This document shows positions 19,198 to 28,524 of a stretch of 32,000 nucleotides of DNA, piece by piece. The DNA comes from Opitutia bacterium KCR 482 (GTDB lineage Bacteria > Verrucomicrobiota > Verrucomicrobiia > Opitutales > Intestinicryptomonadaceae). The position numbers and the translations under genes were made by a program. Every line of letters begins with the position of its first letter. Position 1 is the stretch's first letter. The stretch lies in assembly GCA_029269845.2 (NCBI GenBank), contig CP149973.1, positions 930,001 through 962,000 on the forward strand, written 5' to 3'. A model generated the notes under the pieces. The model ran no database searches and had not been told where the DNA came from. It saw only the letters and a list, made by a program, of their open reading frames with translations.

Positions 19198-21759
19198 ATG
19201 GGAAGATACATCTTGTTTATGCTCGCGCTGACAGGCGCGCTATGCGCGTGTTCGACGCAAAAAATCGAAAAGCAAAACGACGCCGACAATGTCGAAGTCT
19301 TCGTGTTTTCAGACAAAAAGATAAAGCTGTGGCGTCCGCTACAAATAGCATACAAAAGCGACGGGAAATGGGTTGCCTCCGAAAACAAAACCCTCACAAG
19401 CTTCTTCGGCGACAGACGCCTGCGCCCGCCGCGACAGATGACGACGCCCTATCTGTTCGTCGGAAACGACGGGCTCTGCCACTGCATTTGGGCGTTCGGC
19501 GACGGACGCAACGAATTTGCCCATTCGAGCACGCCCGACTTCTTTGCGTGGAGCAAACAAGACAACGCAGCGCTTCCCGACGGCGTGAGATTCCTCAATC
19601 CCGTAGTGAAAGCTTCCGACAGCGGCTACACGGTGTTTTTCAAAAACGGAAACGACGGCTTCATGAAAACAGAAACCGCCGATTTCAAAAACTATTCGAC
19701 ACCGAAAAAAATCGACGCCGCGGAATATCCCGACGAATACGCGCAACTCGAACTTCCGCGCGGAAAATACGAAGGCGCATTCGTAAAAATAAGCCCGAGC
19801 TGCTTCGAAAAATTCATAAAAACCGAACGCGACTTCCTGAAAAAAAGCAAAATCATGCGCGACACTCCCGAAGTCATGGCAAAGCGGCTCGGCGGCAAAA
19901 AAGTTTCGGCAAAACTCGCGCTCGCGGGGACGAAGAAATCAGTCAACAAAAAGATGTCGGGGCTTTTCTTTGAGGACATCTTCCACGCCGCCGACGGCGG
20001 TCTATACCCCGAACTCGTCCAAAACCGCGACTTCGAATACTCGCCCGCCGACAACGACAAATTCCACCCCCTCTACGCGTGGAAAATCTCCCCGAACGCC
20101 GAATTTTCAGTGGAAAAATCAAACCCCATCAGCAAAAATAATCCGACGCACCTTTTTGTAAAAACGAAAGACGGAAAGCCCGTGCGCTTGGAAAATTCGG
20201 GCTGGGACGGAATAGACCTCAAAGGCGGCGCGGGCTACGACTTCTCCGTTTTCGCGAAGTCGGCAAATGCGAACGGCATGATAAAAGTATTTGTAAAATC
20301 CCCCGGCGGCTCGAACGCGCTTGAAGGCGAAATCGCGCTGAACTCTTCCGAATGGAAAAAATATTCGCTTTCGACTGTCGCAAAGTCGGGCACGAAAGCC
20401 GCGCCGCTTGCTCTCGAAATCGAAGCCGACGGCGGCGTAGCAATCGACATGGTATCGCTATTCCCGCGCGACACTTTCAAGGGCAGAAAAAACGGACTCC
20501 GCAAAGATCTCGCCGAAACGCTCGCCGCGCTCAAACCGAACTTCGTTCGCTTCCCCGGGGGCTGCATAGTCCACGCCGACAAGCCCGAACACTTCTACCG
20601 CTGGCAATACACAATCGGCAAACTCGAAAACCGCAAGCCGCTGCCAAGCCTCTGGAAATACCACCAGACTTTCGGACTCGGATACCTTGAATACTTCCAG
20701 TTCTGCGAAGACCTGAACGCCGAACCGCTGCCAGTGGTGTCTGCGGGAACGGTCTGCCAGATAAAGGGCAACGCCTGCATTCCGCTCGACAAAATGCCAG
20801 CGTACATCGACGAAGTTCTCGCGCTAATCGAATGGGCGAACGGCGACCCCGAAAAAACGAAATGGGGAAAAGTCCGCGCCGAAAACGGCCACCCCGCGCC
20901 CTTCGGAATGAAATACCTCGGAATCGGCAACGAAGACGAGCAGACCGAAAACTTCAAAATCCGCTACCTGATGATTAAGGACGCCGTTAATAAAAAATAT
21001 CCTGACATAACAGTAATTGGCAGTTCTGGAATTTTGTCGCACGGTCAGGACTACACTCAGGGCCGGAAAATCGTGAACGAATCGCGCACGCCTATAATCG
21101 ACGACCACTGCTACGAGCCGCCCGAATGGTTTATCGCCAACGCCGACTACTACGACAACCGAGACCGCAACGGCGCAAAAGTCTATCTCGGCGAATACGC
21201 CCCGCGCAACAAGGCGGACACAAACACCGTCTACACCGCGCTCTGCTCGGCGTTCCACTTGGCGAACTTGGAGCGCAACGGCGACCTCGTAAAAATGGTC
21301 TCCTACGCGCCGCTGCTCTCGCGAATAGGCGTCTCGAAACGCAAGACGATGATGGTTCATTTCGACAACACAAACGTCTATCCGACGCCCGAATACTATG
21401 TTCAAAAACTCTTCTCGCACAACGCGGGCGACGTATACCGCGACTCGAAAATCGAAATAATTTCGGGCGGCAACGACGGCGTGAAAGAACGCGTCGGCGC
21501 GTCGGTCGTAGATGATTCCGAATCGGGCGAAACCGTAGTGAAGCTCATAAACCTGCTGCCCGTTGAATGCGAAATGTCCGTAGATTTGGATACTATAGGC
21601 TCTCCGCGCGACGCTGTAAAAACCGTGCTAACATGCGCTAAGCCCGACGACGAAAGCGCGAAAATAAGCGAAGCCCGCGTTAGACTCGGAGGAAGTTTTA
21701 CCGAAAATCTGCCTCCATATTCGCTCGTCGTAATCAAATTCAAAAAGGGACAAAACTAA
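19198..21759 (+). CDS. GH51-type alpha-L-arabinofuranosidase, probable lipoprotein with an N-terminal extra domain
   Basis: I set the start at ATG 19198 (MGRYILFMLALTGALCACSTQ, signal with terminal Cys). The track's upstream extension runs through the mutB terminator. GH51 hallmarks: GLFFEDIFHAADGGLYPELVQNRDFEY, FVRFPGGCIVH, YLGIGNEDEQ (acid/base Glu), VYLGEYA (nucleophile Glu) and the C-terminal SYAPLL...YPTPEYYVQKLFS domain. Confidence 0.8.
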   Translation: MGRYILFMLALTGALCACSTQKIEKQNDADNVEVFVFSDKKIKLWRPLQIAYKSDGKWVASENKTLTSFFGDRRLRPPRQMTTPYLFVGNDGLCHCIWAFGDGRNEFAHSSTPDFFAWSKQDNAALPDGVRFLNPVVKASDSGYTVFFKNGNDGFMKTETADFKNYSTPKKIDAAEYPDEYAQLELPRGKYEGAFVKISPSCFEKFIKTERDFLKKSKIMRDTPEVMAKRLGGKKVSAKLALAGTKKSVNKKMSGLFFEDIFHAADGGLYPELVQNRDFEYSPADNDKFHPLYAWKISPNAEFSVEKSNPISKNNPTHLFVKTKDGKPVRLENSGWDGIDLKGGAGYDFSVFAKSANANGMIKVFVKSPGGSNALEGEIALNSSEWKKYSLSTVAKSGTKAAPLALEIEADGGVAIDMVSLFPRDTFKGRKNGLRKDLAETLAALKPNFVRFPGGCIVHADKPEHFYRWQYTIGKLENRKPLPSLWKYHQTFGLGYLEYFQFCEDLNAEPLPVVSAGTVCQIKGNACIPLDKMPAYIDEVLALIEWANGDPEKTKWGKVRAENGHPAPFGMKYLGIGNEDEQTENFKIRYLMIKDAVNKKYPDITVIGSSGILSHGQDYTQGRKIVNESRTPIIDDHCYEPPEWFIANADYYDNRDRNGAKVYLGEYAPRNKADTNTVYTALCSAFHLANLERNGDLVKMVSYAPLLSRIGVSKRKTMMVHFDNTNVYPTPEYYVQKLFSHNAGDVYRDSKIEIISGGNDGVKERVGASVVDDSESGETVVKLINLLPVECEMSVDLDTIGSPRDAVKTVLTCAKPDDESAKISEARVRLGGSFTENLPPYSLVVIKFKKGQN

Positions 21760-21770
21760 AACCGCGCAAC

Positions 21771-21808
21771 GCAAAAAGAATCGGTTCATTCGAACCGATT
21801 CTTTTTGC
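21771..21808. terminator. bidirectional terminator between convergent genes
   Basis: Perfect 17-bp stem: GCAAAAAGAATCGGTTC (21771-21787), loop ATTC, GAACCGATTCTTTTTGC (21792-21808). The A5/T5 runs inside the arms give a U-tract in either orientation. Confidence 0.8.
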
Positions 21809-21821
21809 GATAGCACCGCCG

Positions 21822-22835
21822 CTAAAATTTCGCGCCTCTGTCGCGCGACTCGCGCCCCGCGCCGATTCTGAATATTTTGATTTCGCGCGCGTCGGCGTCG
21901 ATTGCGACAAGCTCGGCGAGCATGTTTTTCCGAGGGTCGAAAGGTTCAAGCTTCACGTCTTTCGGACGGTCTTTTTCCTCGATAGTGCCGTAGCCCTGCG
22001 AGACGAAAATGTTCACGCCGTCTTTCGAAAACGTCCTGTCGAAGTGGCTGTCGCCCGTGAGATTCGCGGCAAGCCGCCCGCCCGCCGCAACATAGTCTTC
22101 CATGATTTTTCTGAACTCGTCGCCGCTCTTGCCCGCAAAATGGGGGCGTATCGGCAGCCAGCTTCCCTTGATGTCGACGCAATAATGGGTGCACACAAAC
22201 GCCGCCCAGCCGTCGGGCGTTTCGGTCAGATTTTTGCGGAGAAATTCGAGCTGCTTTTGCGAAAAGCCGTAGTAGAGCGGAGACTCGCTCGAATTGAGGA
22301 AAAACACGCGGCAGCTTTTTTCGGGGAGGTCGAGAAACCCGTAGTCGCCGTTTTCGCCGAATGTCGCCGCCTTGCAAAACGGCATGAATTTGCGTCCGAG
22401 ATATTCGTTGGAATAAATGCGGCGGTAGTGGTCGTGGTTGCCGACGCAAAAGAGCGTCGGAATCTTCGTGCGCGAGTGGCAGTCTAGAACAGTGTCGAGA
22501 AGCTTCTCGCCGTTGTGTTCCCTTTTCACGGGGTACTCCAAGCCCCAGTCGCCGAGATTTATGACGGCGTCCGCGCCGAGCCTTTCGGCGGCGCGGTTTG
22601 CGTACAAAATGTGCTTGTAGGTGTGCCGCCAACGGGCGACCTCGTCGATTCCCGAATGGAGGTCCGTTATGGCGACGAACACCGCGCATTTGCGGCCGTT
22701 TTTCCAAGCGTCGAAACGCTTTTTTGCCAAGTCGATTTCCGAATCGACCCACGACGGAAGCTCCGCCGAAATGTTTTTCGCCGACGCCACCGCCGCCGCG
22801 GCGAGCGCAAGCCCTATGAAACCCCTTCTTTTCAT
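21822..22835 (-). CDS. exported calcineurin-like metallophosphoesterase
   Basis: I set the start at ATG 22835: MKRRGFIGLALAAAAVASA is a twin-arginine-like signal. Metallophosphatase motifs are VFVAITDLHSG, NLGDWG, CVGNHDH and VCTHY. The 137-aa upstream extension in the track overlaps the recR promoter region and looks non-coding. Confidence 0.7.
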   Translation of the reverse strand: MKRRGFIGLALAAAAVASAKNISAELPSWVDSEIDLAKKRFDAWKNGRKCAVFVAITDLHSGIDEVARWRHTYKHILYANRAAERLGADAVINLGDWGLEYPVKREHNGEKLLDTVLDCHSRTKIPTLFCVGNHDHYRRIYSNEYLGRKFMPFCKAATFGENGDYGFLDLPEKSCRVFFLNSSESPLYYGFSQKQLEFLRKNLTETPDGWAAFVCTHYCVDIKGSWLPIRPHFAGKSGDEFRKIMEDYVAAGGRLAANLTGDSHFDRTFSKDGVNIFVSQGYGTIEEKDRPKDVKLEPFDPRKNMLAELVAIDADAREIKIFRIGAGRESRDRGAKF

Positions 22836-22934
22836 AGAGCCATTTTCGGGAGGATTCTCAAAAACGCAAGCAAAATCATGGAAGCGCGGAATTTTGTTGC
22901 CTGAAAAACGCCGCCGCGTAGGATAGATCGGACA

Positions 22935-23531
22935 ATGAGCGAATCTTTCGAAAAACTGAAATCCGCGCTGCGGAAACTCCCCGGAACGGGAATGAAAAGC
23001 GCGGAGCGAATGGCGTTGCACCTCGCGCTCGAAAACCAGTCGGACGCGCGCGCGCTGGCGTCGTCGATAATCTCCGCGCTCGAACACATCACGCCCTGCC
23101 CCGTCTGCGGCGGGCTGTCCGAAGACGGCGAACTTTGCGAAATCTGCAAAAACCCCGCGCGGTCGGACTCCGCAATCTGCGTGGTCGAACGCGCGAGCGA
23201 CATCGACGCAATAGAAAAATCGGGCGCATGGCGCGGCAAATACCATGTTTTGGGCGGCAAGCTTTCTCCGCTGAAAAAAATCGGCGCGGAAAACCTCAAC
23301 ATGGCGTCGCTGGCAAAGCGCACCGAAAGCGGGGAGGTAGAGGAAATCATGCTCGCGCTCTCGAACGACATCGAGGGAAAGGCGACTTGCCTTTTCATTC
23401 AGGAGCGCATTGTCGGCTCGAAGCCCGTGCGGCTTACGCGCATAGGCTTCGGACTGCCGAGCGGAAGCCAGCTGGGCTTTGCGGACTCAGAGACAATCAA
23501 GAACGCGCTCGATTCAAGAAAATCATTTTAA
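22935..23531 (+). CDS. recR: recombination protein RecR
   Basis: 198 aa. N-terminal HhH (LRKLPGTGMKSAERMALHL), Cys4 zinc finger CPVCGGLSEDGELCEIC, and Toprim (ICVVERASDIDAIE...YHVLGG). Confidence 0.92.
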   Translation: MSESFEKLKSALRKLPGTGMKSAERMALHLALENQSDARALASSIISALEHITPCPVCGGLSEDGELCEICKNPARSDSAICVVERASDIDAIEKSGAWRGKYHVLGGKLSPLKKIGAENLNMASLAKRTESGEVEEIMLALSNDIEGKATCLFIQERIVGSKPVRLTRIGFGLPSGSQLGFADSETIKNALDSRKSF

Positions 23532-23546
23532 CAAAAAAGCACAAAA

Positions 23547-24593
23547 ATGAAACCGTTTTTAACATTTTGCATTTTAGCCGTTTCCGCGCTGTGCGCAAAC
23601 GCGCAGCTGACGGTCGTTGAAATCGGCGCGGACGGAAAGGCGGCGGAGACCTCCCTAAAACAGGCGGCAAACCACTCCGCAAGCGGCGCAAAGACCGACA
23701 TAAACTACACCGACGCCCTCGCGCTCGGGCTCGTCGAGGGGCTGACCGAATACCTGCCCGTGTCGTCCACGGGGCACCTGATAATCGCAAACGCCGCCCT
23801 CGGGCTCGAATCGGAAGAGCCGCTTACCGACAAAAACGGACGCGCGGTTCTCGGCAAAGACCTCAAACCCTACACGATGAAGAACGCCGCCGACGCCTAC
23901 GCAATCGTAATCCAGTTCGGCGCGATTCTCGCAGTCGCCCTCGTCTACCGCGACTATCTTCTGAAAATGCTCGCGGGGCTTTTCGGGCGCAATCCCGTGG
24001 GGCTTCGGCTTCTGCGCAATATAATCGCGGCGTTCCTGCCCGCCGCCGTTGTCGGGCTGGTTCTCCACGACGCAATCAACGGATACCTTTTCGGGGTAAA
24101 ACCCGTTGTGGCGGCTCTCGCCGCGGGCGCGCTGCTGATGTTCGGCGTGCAAAAATACTACCAAAAGCGCGAGCAAAGCCGCGCCGATTTCACGCGGCTC
24201 GAAGACCTTTCCCTGCGGCAGTCGCTAGTCGTGGGCGTGTTGCAGTGCGTGGCAATGTGGCCGGGGACAAGCCGCTCGATGATGACGATTCTCGGCGGAT
24301 ACCTCGCGGGAATGCGCCCCGCCGACTCCGCGCGGTTCAGCTTTCTGCTGGGGCTTGCGACGCTCTCGGCGGCGTCGCTCTACAAGGTTTACAGGGACGG
24401 CGCGGCGATGGCGGAAACGCTCTCCGTGGGGCCGCTCGCGTTCGGAATGGCGGTCGCGTTCGCAAGCGCGGCGGCGTCGGTAAAATGGCTTATCGGTTTT
24501 CTGACGAGGCGCGGGCTCGTGCCGTTTGCATGGTACAGGCTCGCGCTCGCGGCGGCGCTCGGCGCGATGATTTATTTCGACCTAATCGGATAA
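23547..24593 (+). CDS. uppP: undecaprenyl-diphosphate phosphatase with N-terminal extension
   Basis: The LVEGLTEYLPVSSTGHLII motif and the later GTSRSMMTILGG motif are typical of UppP/BacA. At 348 aa it is about 70 aa longer than usual, owing to a roughly 55-aa N-terminal hydrophobic/soluble extension and an insertion after the first motif. Confidence 0.85.
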   Translation: MKPFLTFCILAVSALCANAQLTVVEIGADGKAAETSLKQAANHSASGAKTDINYTDALALGLVEGLTEYLPVSSTGHLIIANAALGLESEEPLTDKNGRAVLGKDLKPYTMKNAADAYAIVIQFGAILAVALVYRDYLLKMLAGLFGRNPVGLRLLRNIIAAFLPAAVVGLVLHDAINGYLFGVKPVVAALAAGALLMFGVQKYYQKREQSRADFTRLEDLSLRQSLVVGVLQCVAMWPGTSRSMMTILGGYLAGMRPADSARFSFLLGLATLSAASLYKVYRDGAAMAETLSVGPLAFGMAVAFASAAASVKWLIGFLTRRGLVPFAWYRLALAAALGAMIYFDLIG

Positions 24594-24599
24594 GCTGCA

Positions 24600-25517
24600 A
24601 TGATCGACGCCCACACGCATTTCTATCCCGAAAACGTCGCGGCAAACCCCGCCGCGTGGGCGGAACGGCGCGGAGAGGCGTACTGGGCGGCGCTGGTCGG
24701 CCCGCGCCACGACGGGAAAAGGTCATTGCAGGGCTTTCCGTCGGAGAAAAAATTTCTCGAAGACATGGACGCCGCGGGAGTCGAACGCGCAATCGTGCAG
24801 GGCTGGTATTGGGAAAGCCCCGACACCTGCGGCGAGGCGAACGCCGCAACCGCAGCTTTCGCCAAACGCCACCCCGACAGGATTTCCGCGTTCGCGTCGG
24901 TGCAGCCCGCGTTCGGCAAACGCGCGGCGGAGACCGCAAAACGCGCGAGGGACGACGGCTTTGTCGGAATAGGCGAAATCCACGACGGCGTGCAGAAATT
25001 CTCGTACGCGGGCGGCTCGTTCGAACAACTCGCCCTAGCTTGCGCCGAGGAAAGCCTGCCCGTTTGCGTCCACCTGACGGAGCGGAGCGAACGCGCGTAT
25101 TTGGGGAAAGTAGCCACGGATTTTTCCGCGGTGTTCGCCGCCGCGCGGAAATTCGCGGGGGTCGATTTCATTTTCGCGCACTGGCTCGGCGGCGCGTTGT
25201 TCGACGGAATCGGCGGCGGCGCGGAGGCGGCAAATCTTCCCAACGTGTTTTTCGACTCCGCCGCAAACCCGTTCGTCGCGGGAATCGAAGCGTGGCGGAC
25301 ATGCGTTTCGGAATACCCCGACTCCGCAATCTACGGCTCCGACTACCCGCTGCGCCTATATCCGCGGAAATTCAAAACGGAGGAAATGGCGACAATCGCA
25401 AACGAAGCCCGCGCAAACGTGCCCGCAGAATTCGCAGGAAAATTTTTTTCGGGAAATATCGCAAAAATCGCGTTCGGCGGCGGGCGCAATTCGGGATTTC
25501 CGCAAAATAACAGTTGA
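24600..25517 (+). CDS. amidohydrolase-family (TIM-barrel metal-dependent hydrolase) protein
   Basis: 305 aa. The N-terminal MIDAHTHFYP motif (HxH metal ligands), later VCVHL and FAHW histidines, and YGSDYP near the C-terminus fit the amidohydrolase_2 pattern. Confidence 0.6.
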   Translation: MIDAHTHFYPENVAANPAAWAERRGEAYWAALVGPRHDGKRSLQGFPSEKKFLEDMDAAGVERAIVQGWYWESPDTCGEANAATAAFAKRHPDRISAFASVQPAFGKRAAETAKRARDDGFVGIGEIHDGVQKFSYAGGSFEQLALACAEESLPVCVHLTERSERAYLGKVATDFSAVFAAARKFAGVDFIFAHWLGGALFDGIGGGAEAANLPNVFFDSAANPFVAGIEAWRTCVSEYPDSAIYGSDYPLRLYPRKFKTEEMATIANEARANVPAEFAGKFFSGNIAKIAFGGGRNSGFPQNNS

Positions 25518-25549
25518 GAAATCGGGAAAAGTCGCGAATACTTTTGTAT

Positions 25550-26191
25550 ATGAAAAAGGGCATATTCATCACGTTCGAAGGCGGAGAGGGCTGCGGGAAA
25601 AGCTCGCACATAAAATCGCTCGCGGAATATTTCGCGGGGCTCGGACGCGAATGCATAATCACGCGCGAACCGGGAGGAACGCCGCTCTCGGAAAGAATAC
25701 GCGACCTCCTGCTCGACCCCGACAAGGGGCGCGGAATGTCGAGCCGCGCGGAGCTTCTGCTTTTCGAGGCAGCCCGCGCCCAGCATGTGGACGAGCTGAT
25801 ACTGCCCGCGCTCGCCGAGGGAAAAGTCGTGCTCTGCGACAGGTTTGCGGACTCCTCCGCGGCGTATCAGGGCGCGGCGCGCAGGCTCGGAGACGGCGCG
25901 GTGGAATGGCTCAACGCGTTCGCGGTAGCCTCCGCAAAGCCCGACCTCACGATACTTCTCGACCTGCCCGCAAAGGACGGACTCGCAAGGGCGAACGCCC
26001 GCGACGCAAATTCGCCCGACAGAATGGGCGCGGAAAAAACCGCGTTCTACGAAGCCGTGCGCGGCGCGTTTCTTAAAATCGCAACCCTCAACCCCGACAG
26101 GGTCGCGGTAGTCGATTCGTCGGGGACGAAGGGAGAGACGTTCGCGAAAATCCTCGAAACCGTGAAGGCAAAATTCGATGTCCAACCCTAA
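25550..26191 (+). CDS. tmk: thymidylate kinase
   Basis: ATG at 25550 gives MKKGIFITFEGGEGCGKSSH, with the P-loop in its usual position. Also TREPGGT and a DRFADSSAAYQG DRY-like motif. The track's start at 25514 is a TTG overlapping the upstream stop. Confidence 0.9.
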   Translation: MKKGIFITFEGGEGCGKSSHIKSLAEYFAGLGRECIITREPGGTPLSERIRDLLLDPDKGRGMSSRAELLLFEAARAQHVDELILPALAEGKVVLCDRFADSSAAYQGAARRLGDGAVEWLNAFAVASAKPDLTILLDLPAKDGLARANARDANSPDRMGAEKTAFYEAVRGAFLKIATLNPDRVAVVDSSGTKGETFAKILETVKAKFDVQP

Positions 26192-27104
26192 GGCACTCAA
26201 CATTCTTCTGGGCGCGCTTCGGGCGGGCAGACTGCACCACGCGATTCTGCTTTACGGGGAATCGCTCGACGCGCTCGAAGAGACGGCAAAGGCGGTCGCG
26301 CAAAGACTGCTCGGCTCCGACCCCGACAAGCACCCCGACCTCTTCACGCTCCGCCCGCAGGGCAAAATGCGCCTGATAAAAATAGGCTCCGACTCCGACA
26401 AAATCGGGACGGAATGGCCGCCCAACACAATGCGCAGGCTCTTGCGCGAAATTTCGCAGACGTCGAACAGGGGCGGCAACAAAGTGGCGATTGTCTACGA
26501 GGCCGACCGCATGAACGCCGCCGCCGCAAACGCCTTTCTGAAAACCCTCGAAGAGCCGCCGAAAGGCACTACAATCTTCATGCTGACAACCCGCCCGAAC
26601 GACCTGCTCGACACAATCAGAAGCCGCTGCATAAGCCTGCGGGTGGACTCCGACGCCGAACCGCTCGACGACGAACAGTGGCGGGCGTGGCTCGACGACT
26701 TCAAAAACTGGCAGAAGTCGCTCATGGGGGGAGTAGGCGTGAAAATTCCGATCGCCGACGCAATGATGCGCTGCTACGGGTTGCTTGCGCGTTTCGACAA
26801 AATACTCTCGCGCATGACCGACGAAGTCGCCGACATCGGCGAGGCGGAAACGGAGGAGCTTGACGCCGACGTCATCGACGCGATTGTCGCCGGAGAACGC
26901 CGCGCCCTCCGCAAACGGCTCTTCGGCGAGATAGAGGACGCGTGCGTTTCGTGCGCGCTCGGCGGGAACGGCGTGCCCGCGGTCAAGCTTTCGCGCGTGG
27001 TGGACGCCCTCGAAAAATCGGCGGGCTTCACGGAGCTCAACATGCCCGACACCCCCGCGCTTGAATATTTTATGCTAAATTCAATCAGAATTTGGGGAAG
27101 ATGA
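26178..27104 (+). CDS. holB: DNA polymerase III delta' subunit
   Basis: 308 aa. HHAILLYGE..., AANAFLKTLEEPP and TIRSRC (SRC motif) are typical of clamp-loader delta'. Classic tmk-holB adjacency, overlapping tmk by 14 nt. Confidence 0.78.
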   Translation: MSNPKALNILLGALRAGRLHHAILLYGESLDALEETAKAVAQRLLGSDPDKHPDLFTLRPQGKMRLIKIGSDSDKIGTEWPPNTMRRLLREISQTSNRGGNKVAIVYEADRMNAAAANAFLKTLEEPPKGTTIFMLTTRPNDLLDTIRSRCISLRVDSDAEPLDDEQWRAWLDDFKNWQKSLMGGVGVKIPIADAMMRCYGLLARFDKILSRMTDEVADIGEAETEELDADVIDAIVAGERRALRKRLFGEIEDACVSCALGGNGVPAVKLSRVVDALEKSAGFTELNMPDTPALEYFMLNSIRIWGR

Positions 27105-28060
27105 ACATGGACGGCAGCCCGATAATTTCGCTCTCCACAAGCTACCTTCAAAAAAAATTCGAAGGCGACGGATACGCCATGCTCTGCCGCGCGGCGGAGC
27201 TGGGCTTCGAATACGTCGAGCTTGGGCACTCCACGACGAACGCGTCGATGGAGGGCATAATCAGGGCGGTCGAAGAGGGGATTGTGAAAGTGTCGTCGCT
27301 GCACAACTTCTGCCCCGTGCCGCCGTTCGCGACTGGAGCCGCGCCCAACCTGTTTTCGCCCGCGACGGCGTCGAATGCCGAGTCGGAGCAGTGGCTGCGC
27401 CACACGAAAAACACGCTCGAATTTGCGGGACGCTTCGGGGCGAAAGCGGTAGTGTGCCACTGCGGATTCCTCTCGTATTTTTTCATGCGCCCCGAACGCG
27501 CCCTCGAAAAATACATCGAGAAGCACCCCGACGCGAACGCGGAAAACGACCCCGTCTACGCGAAAATCGCCGAAAAATTCAAGACGCGCTCCGCCCGCAG
27601 AGCCGAAAAAAAAGACTACATTTGCATTGAAAACAACGTGCGCGAAATCGCCCCGACCGCCGAAAAAAACGGCGTTCTGCTGGGGCTTGAAAACCGCGAA
27701 GCGCCCAACGAGCTTCCGCTCGACTGGAATTTTGAAAAGCTCGTCAACGCCCTGAAAACCGACACTCCCGCGCGGACGTGGCACGACGCCGGACACTCCA
27801 TGCGCAAGCAGCTGCTGGGGCTTGGCACGCAGCTCGACCTCCTCGAACGCACGTCGGACTCGCTAATCGGCTGGCATTTGCACGACTGCACCGACGCGGG
27901 CAAAGACCACATCGCAATCGGCGCGGGCTGCATAGACTTCGCCGCGCTCGCAAAATTTTTCGACCCCAAAAAACACATTTTCACGCTCGAACTCAACCGC
28001 GCCGTGCGCTCGCGCGACGCCGCCGATTCGCTCAAACGCGTGCAGGACATGATGCCATGA
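27101..28060 (+). CDS. sugar phosphate isomerase/epimerase-like (xylose-isomerase-fold TIM barrel) protein
   Basis: I set the start at ATG 27101 (an ATGA overlap with the holB stop); the track start at 27092 is a TTG. Contains GFEYVELGH, AVVCHCG, LGLENRE, WHDAGH and GWHLHD, the His/Glu/Asp ligand pattern typical of the AP_endonuc_2 / XylA-like TIM-barrel family. Confidence 0.65.
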   Translation: MNMDGSPIISLSTSYLQKKFEGDGYAMLCRAAELGFEYVELGHSTTNASMEGIIRAVEEGIVKVSSLHNFCPVPPFATGAAPNLFSPATASNAESEQWLRHTKNTLEFAGRFGAKAVVCHCGFLSYFFMRPERALEKYIEKHPDANAENDPVYAKIAEKFKTRSARRAEKKDYICIENNVREIAPTAEKNGVLLGLENREAPNELPLDWNFEKLVNALKTDTPARTWHDAGHSMRKQLLGLGTQLDLLERTSDSLIGWHLHDCTDAGKDHIAIGAGCIDFAALAKFFDPKKHIFTLELNRAVRSRDAADSLKRVQDMMP

Positions 28061-28524
28061 AAAGACAAACCGACATTTCCGATTTCAGCGGCATGCTCGA
28101 ATTCGACAAACGCAAGCTCCGCCGCTTCATAGACCTTCTCGACGCCGAAATGCCCGACGGCTTCAAAGCCCCGCAGGGGACGCTATCCGTCGCGCTTTTC
28201 AACGACAAAGACCTCGCGAAAATCCACGCCGACTTCCTGAACAAGCCCGACGAAACCGACGTTATAACTTTCGAGGGAGACCCCGACGACGGCTTCGCAG
28301 GCGAAGTGTGCGCAAGCGCGGAACGCGCCTTCAAATGCGCCGCAAACTACGGCTCGACGCCCTCGCGCGAGCTGTGCCTTTACGTCGCCCACGGATACCT
28401 GCACCTCGCGGGGATAAACGACATAGAACCCGAAGACGCCGCGGTCATGCGCAGGGGCGAGGCGCTCGCCCTCGAAATTCTCGACCGCCGCTTCAAAAAG
28501 CCGATATTCAAATACAATGATTAA
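28057..28524 (+). CDS. ybeY: rRNA maturation endoribonuclease YbeY
   Basis: ATG at 28057 forms an ATGA overlap with the upstream stop. TDVITFEG and the metal motif HGYLHLAGIND are present; in the canonical HGxLHLxGYDH the third ligand is His, here it is Asp. 155 aa. The track's 93-aa upstream extension is out-of-frame overlap noise. Confidence 0.85.
   Translation: MKRQTDISDFSGMLEFDKRKLRRFIDLLDAEMPDGFKAPQGTLSVALFNDKDLAKIHADFLNKPDETDVITFEGDPDDGFAGEVCASAERAFKCAANYGSTPSRELCLYVAHGYLHLAGINDIEPEDAAVMRRGEALALEILDRRFKKPIFKYND

Noticed and set aside
24245-25510. 421-aa Arg-rich plus-strand ORF spanning the uppP 3' end and the amidohydrolase gene.
   Set aside because: It is out of frame with two genes that have clear family motifs. 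Its composition (R/G/A runs) is typical of an off-frame reading of GC-rich coding sequence.
28390-28425. YbeY metal motif HGYLHLAGIND has Asp where the canonical third His sits (HGxLHLxGYDH).
   Set aside because: Asp is a competent zinc ligand, and I recall Asp at this position in Bacteroidota-type YbeY sequences (…GYKD…). It is probably a known lineage variant rather than a loss of function. An alignment would confirm this.
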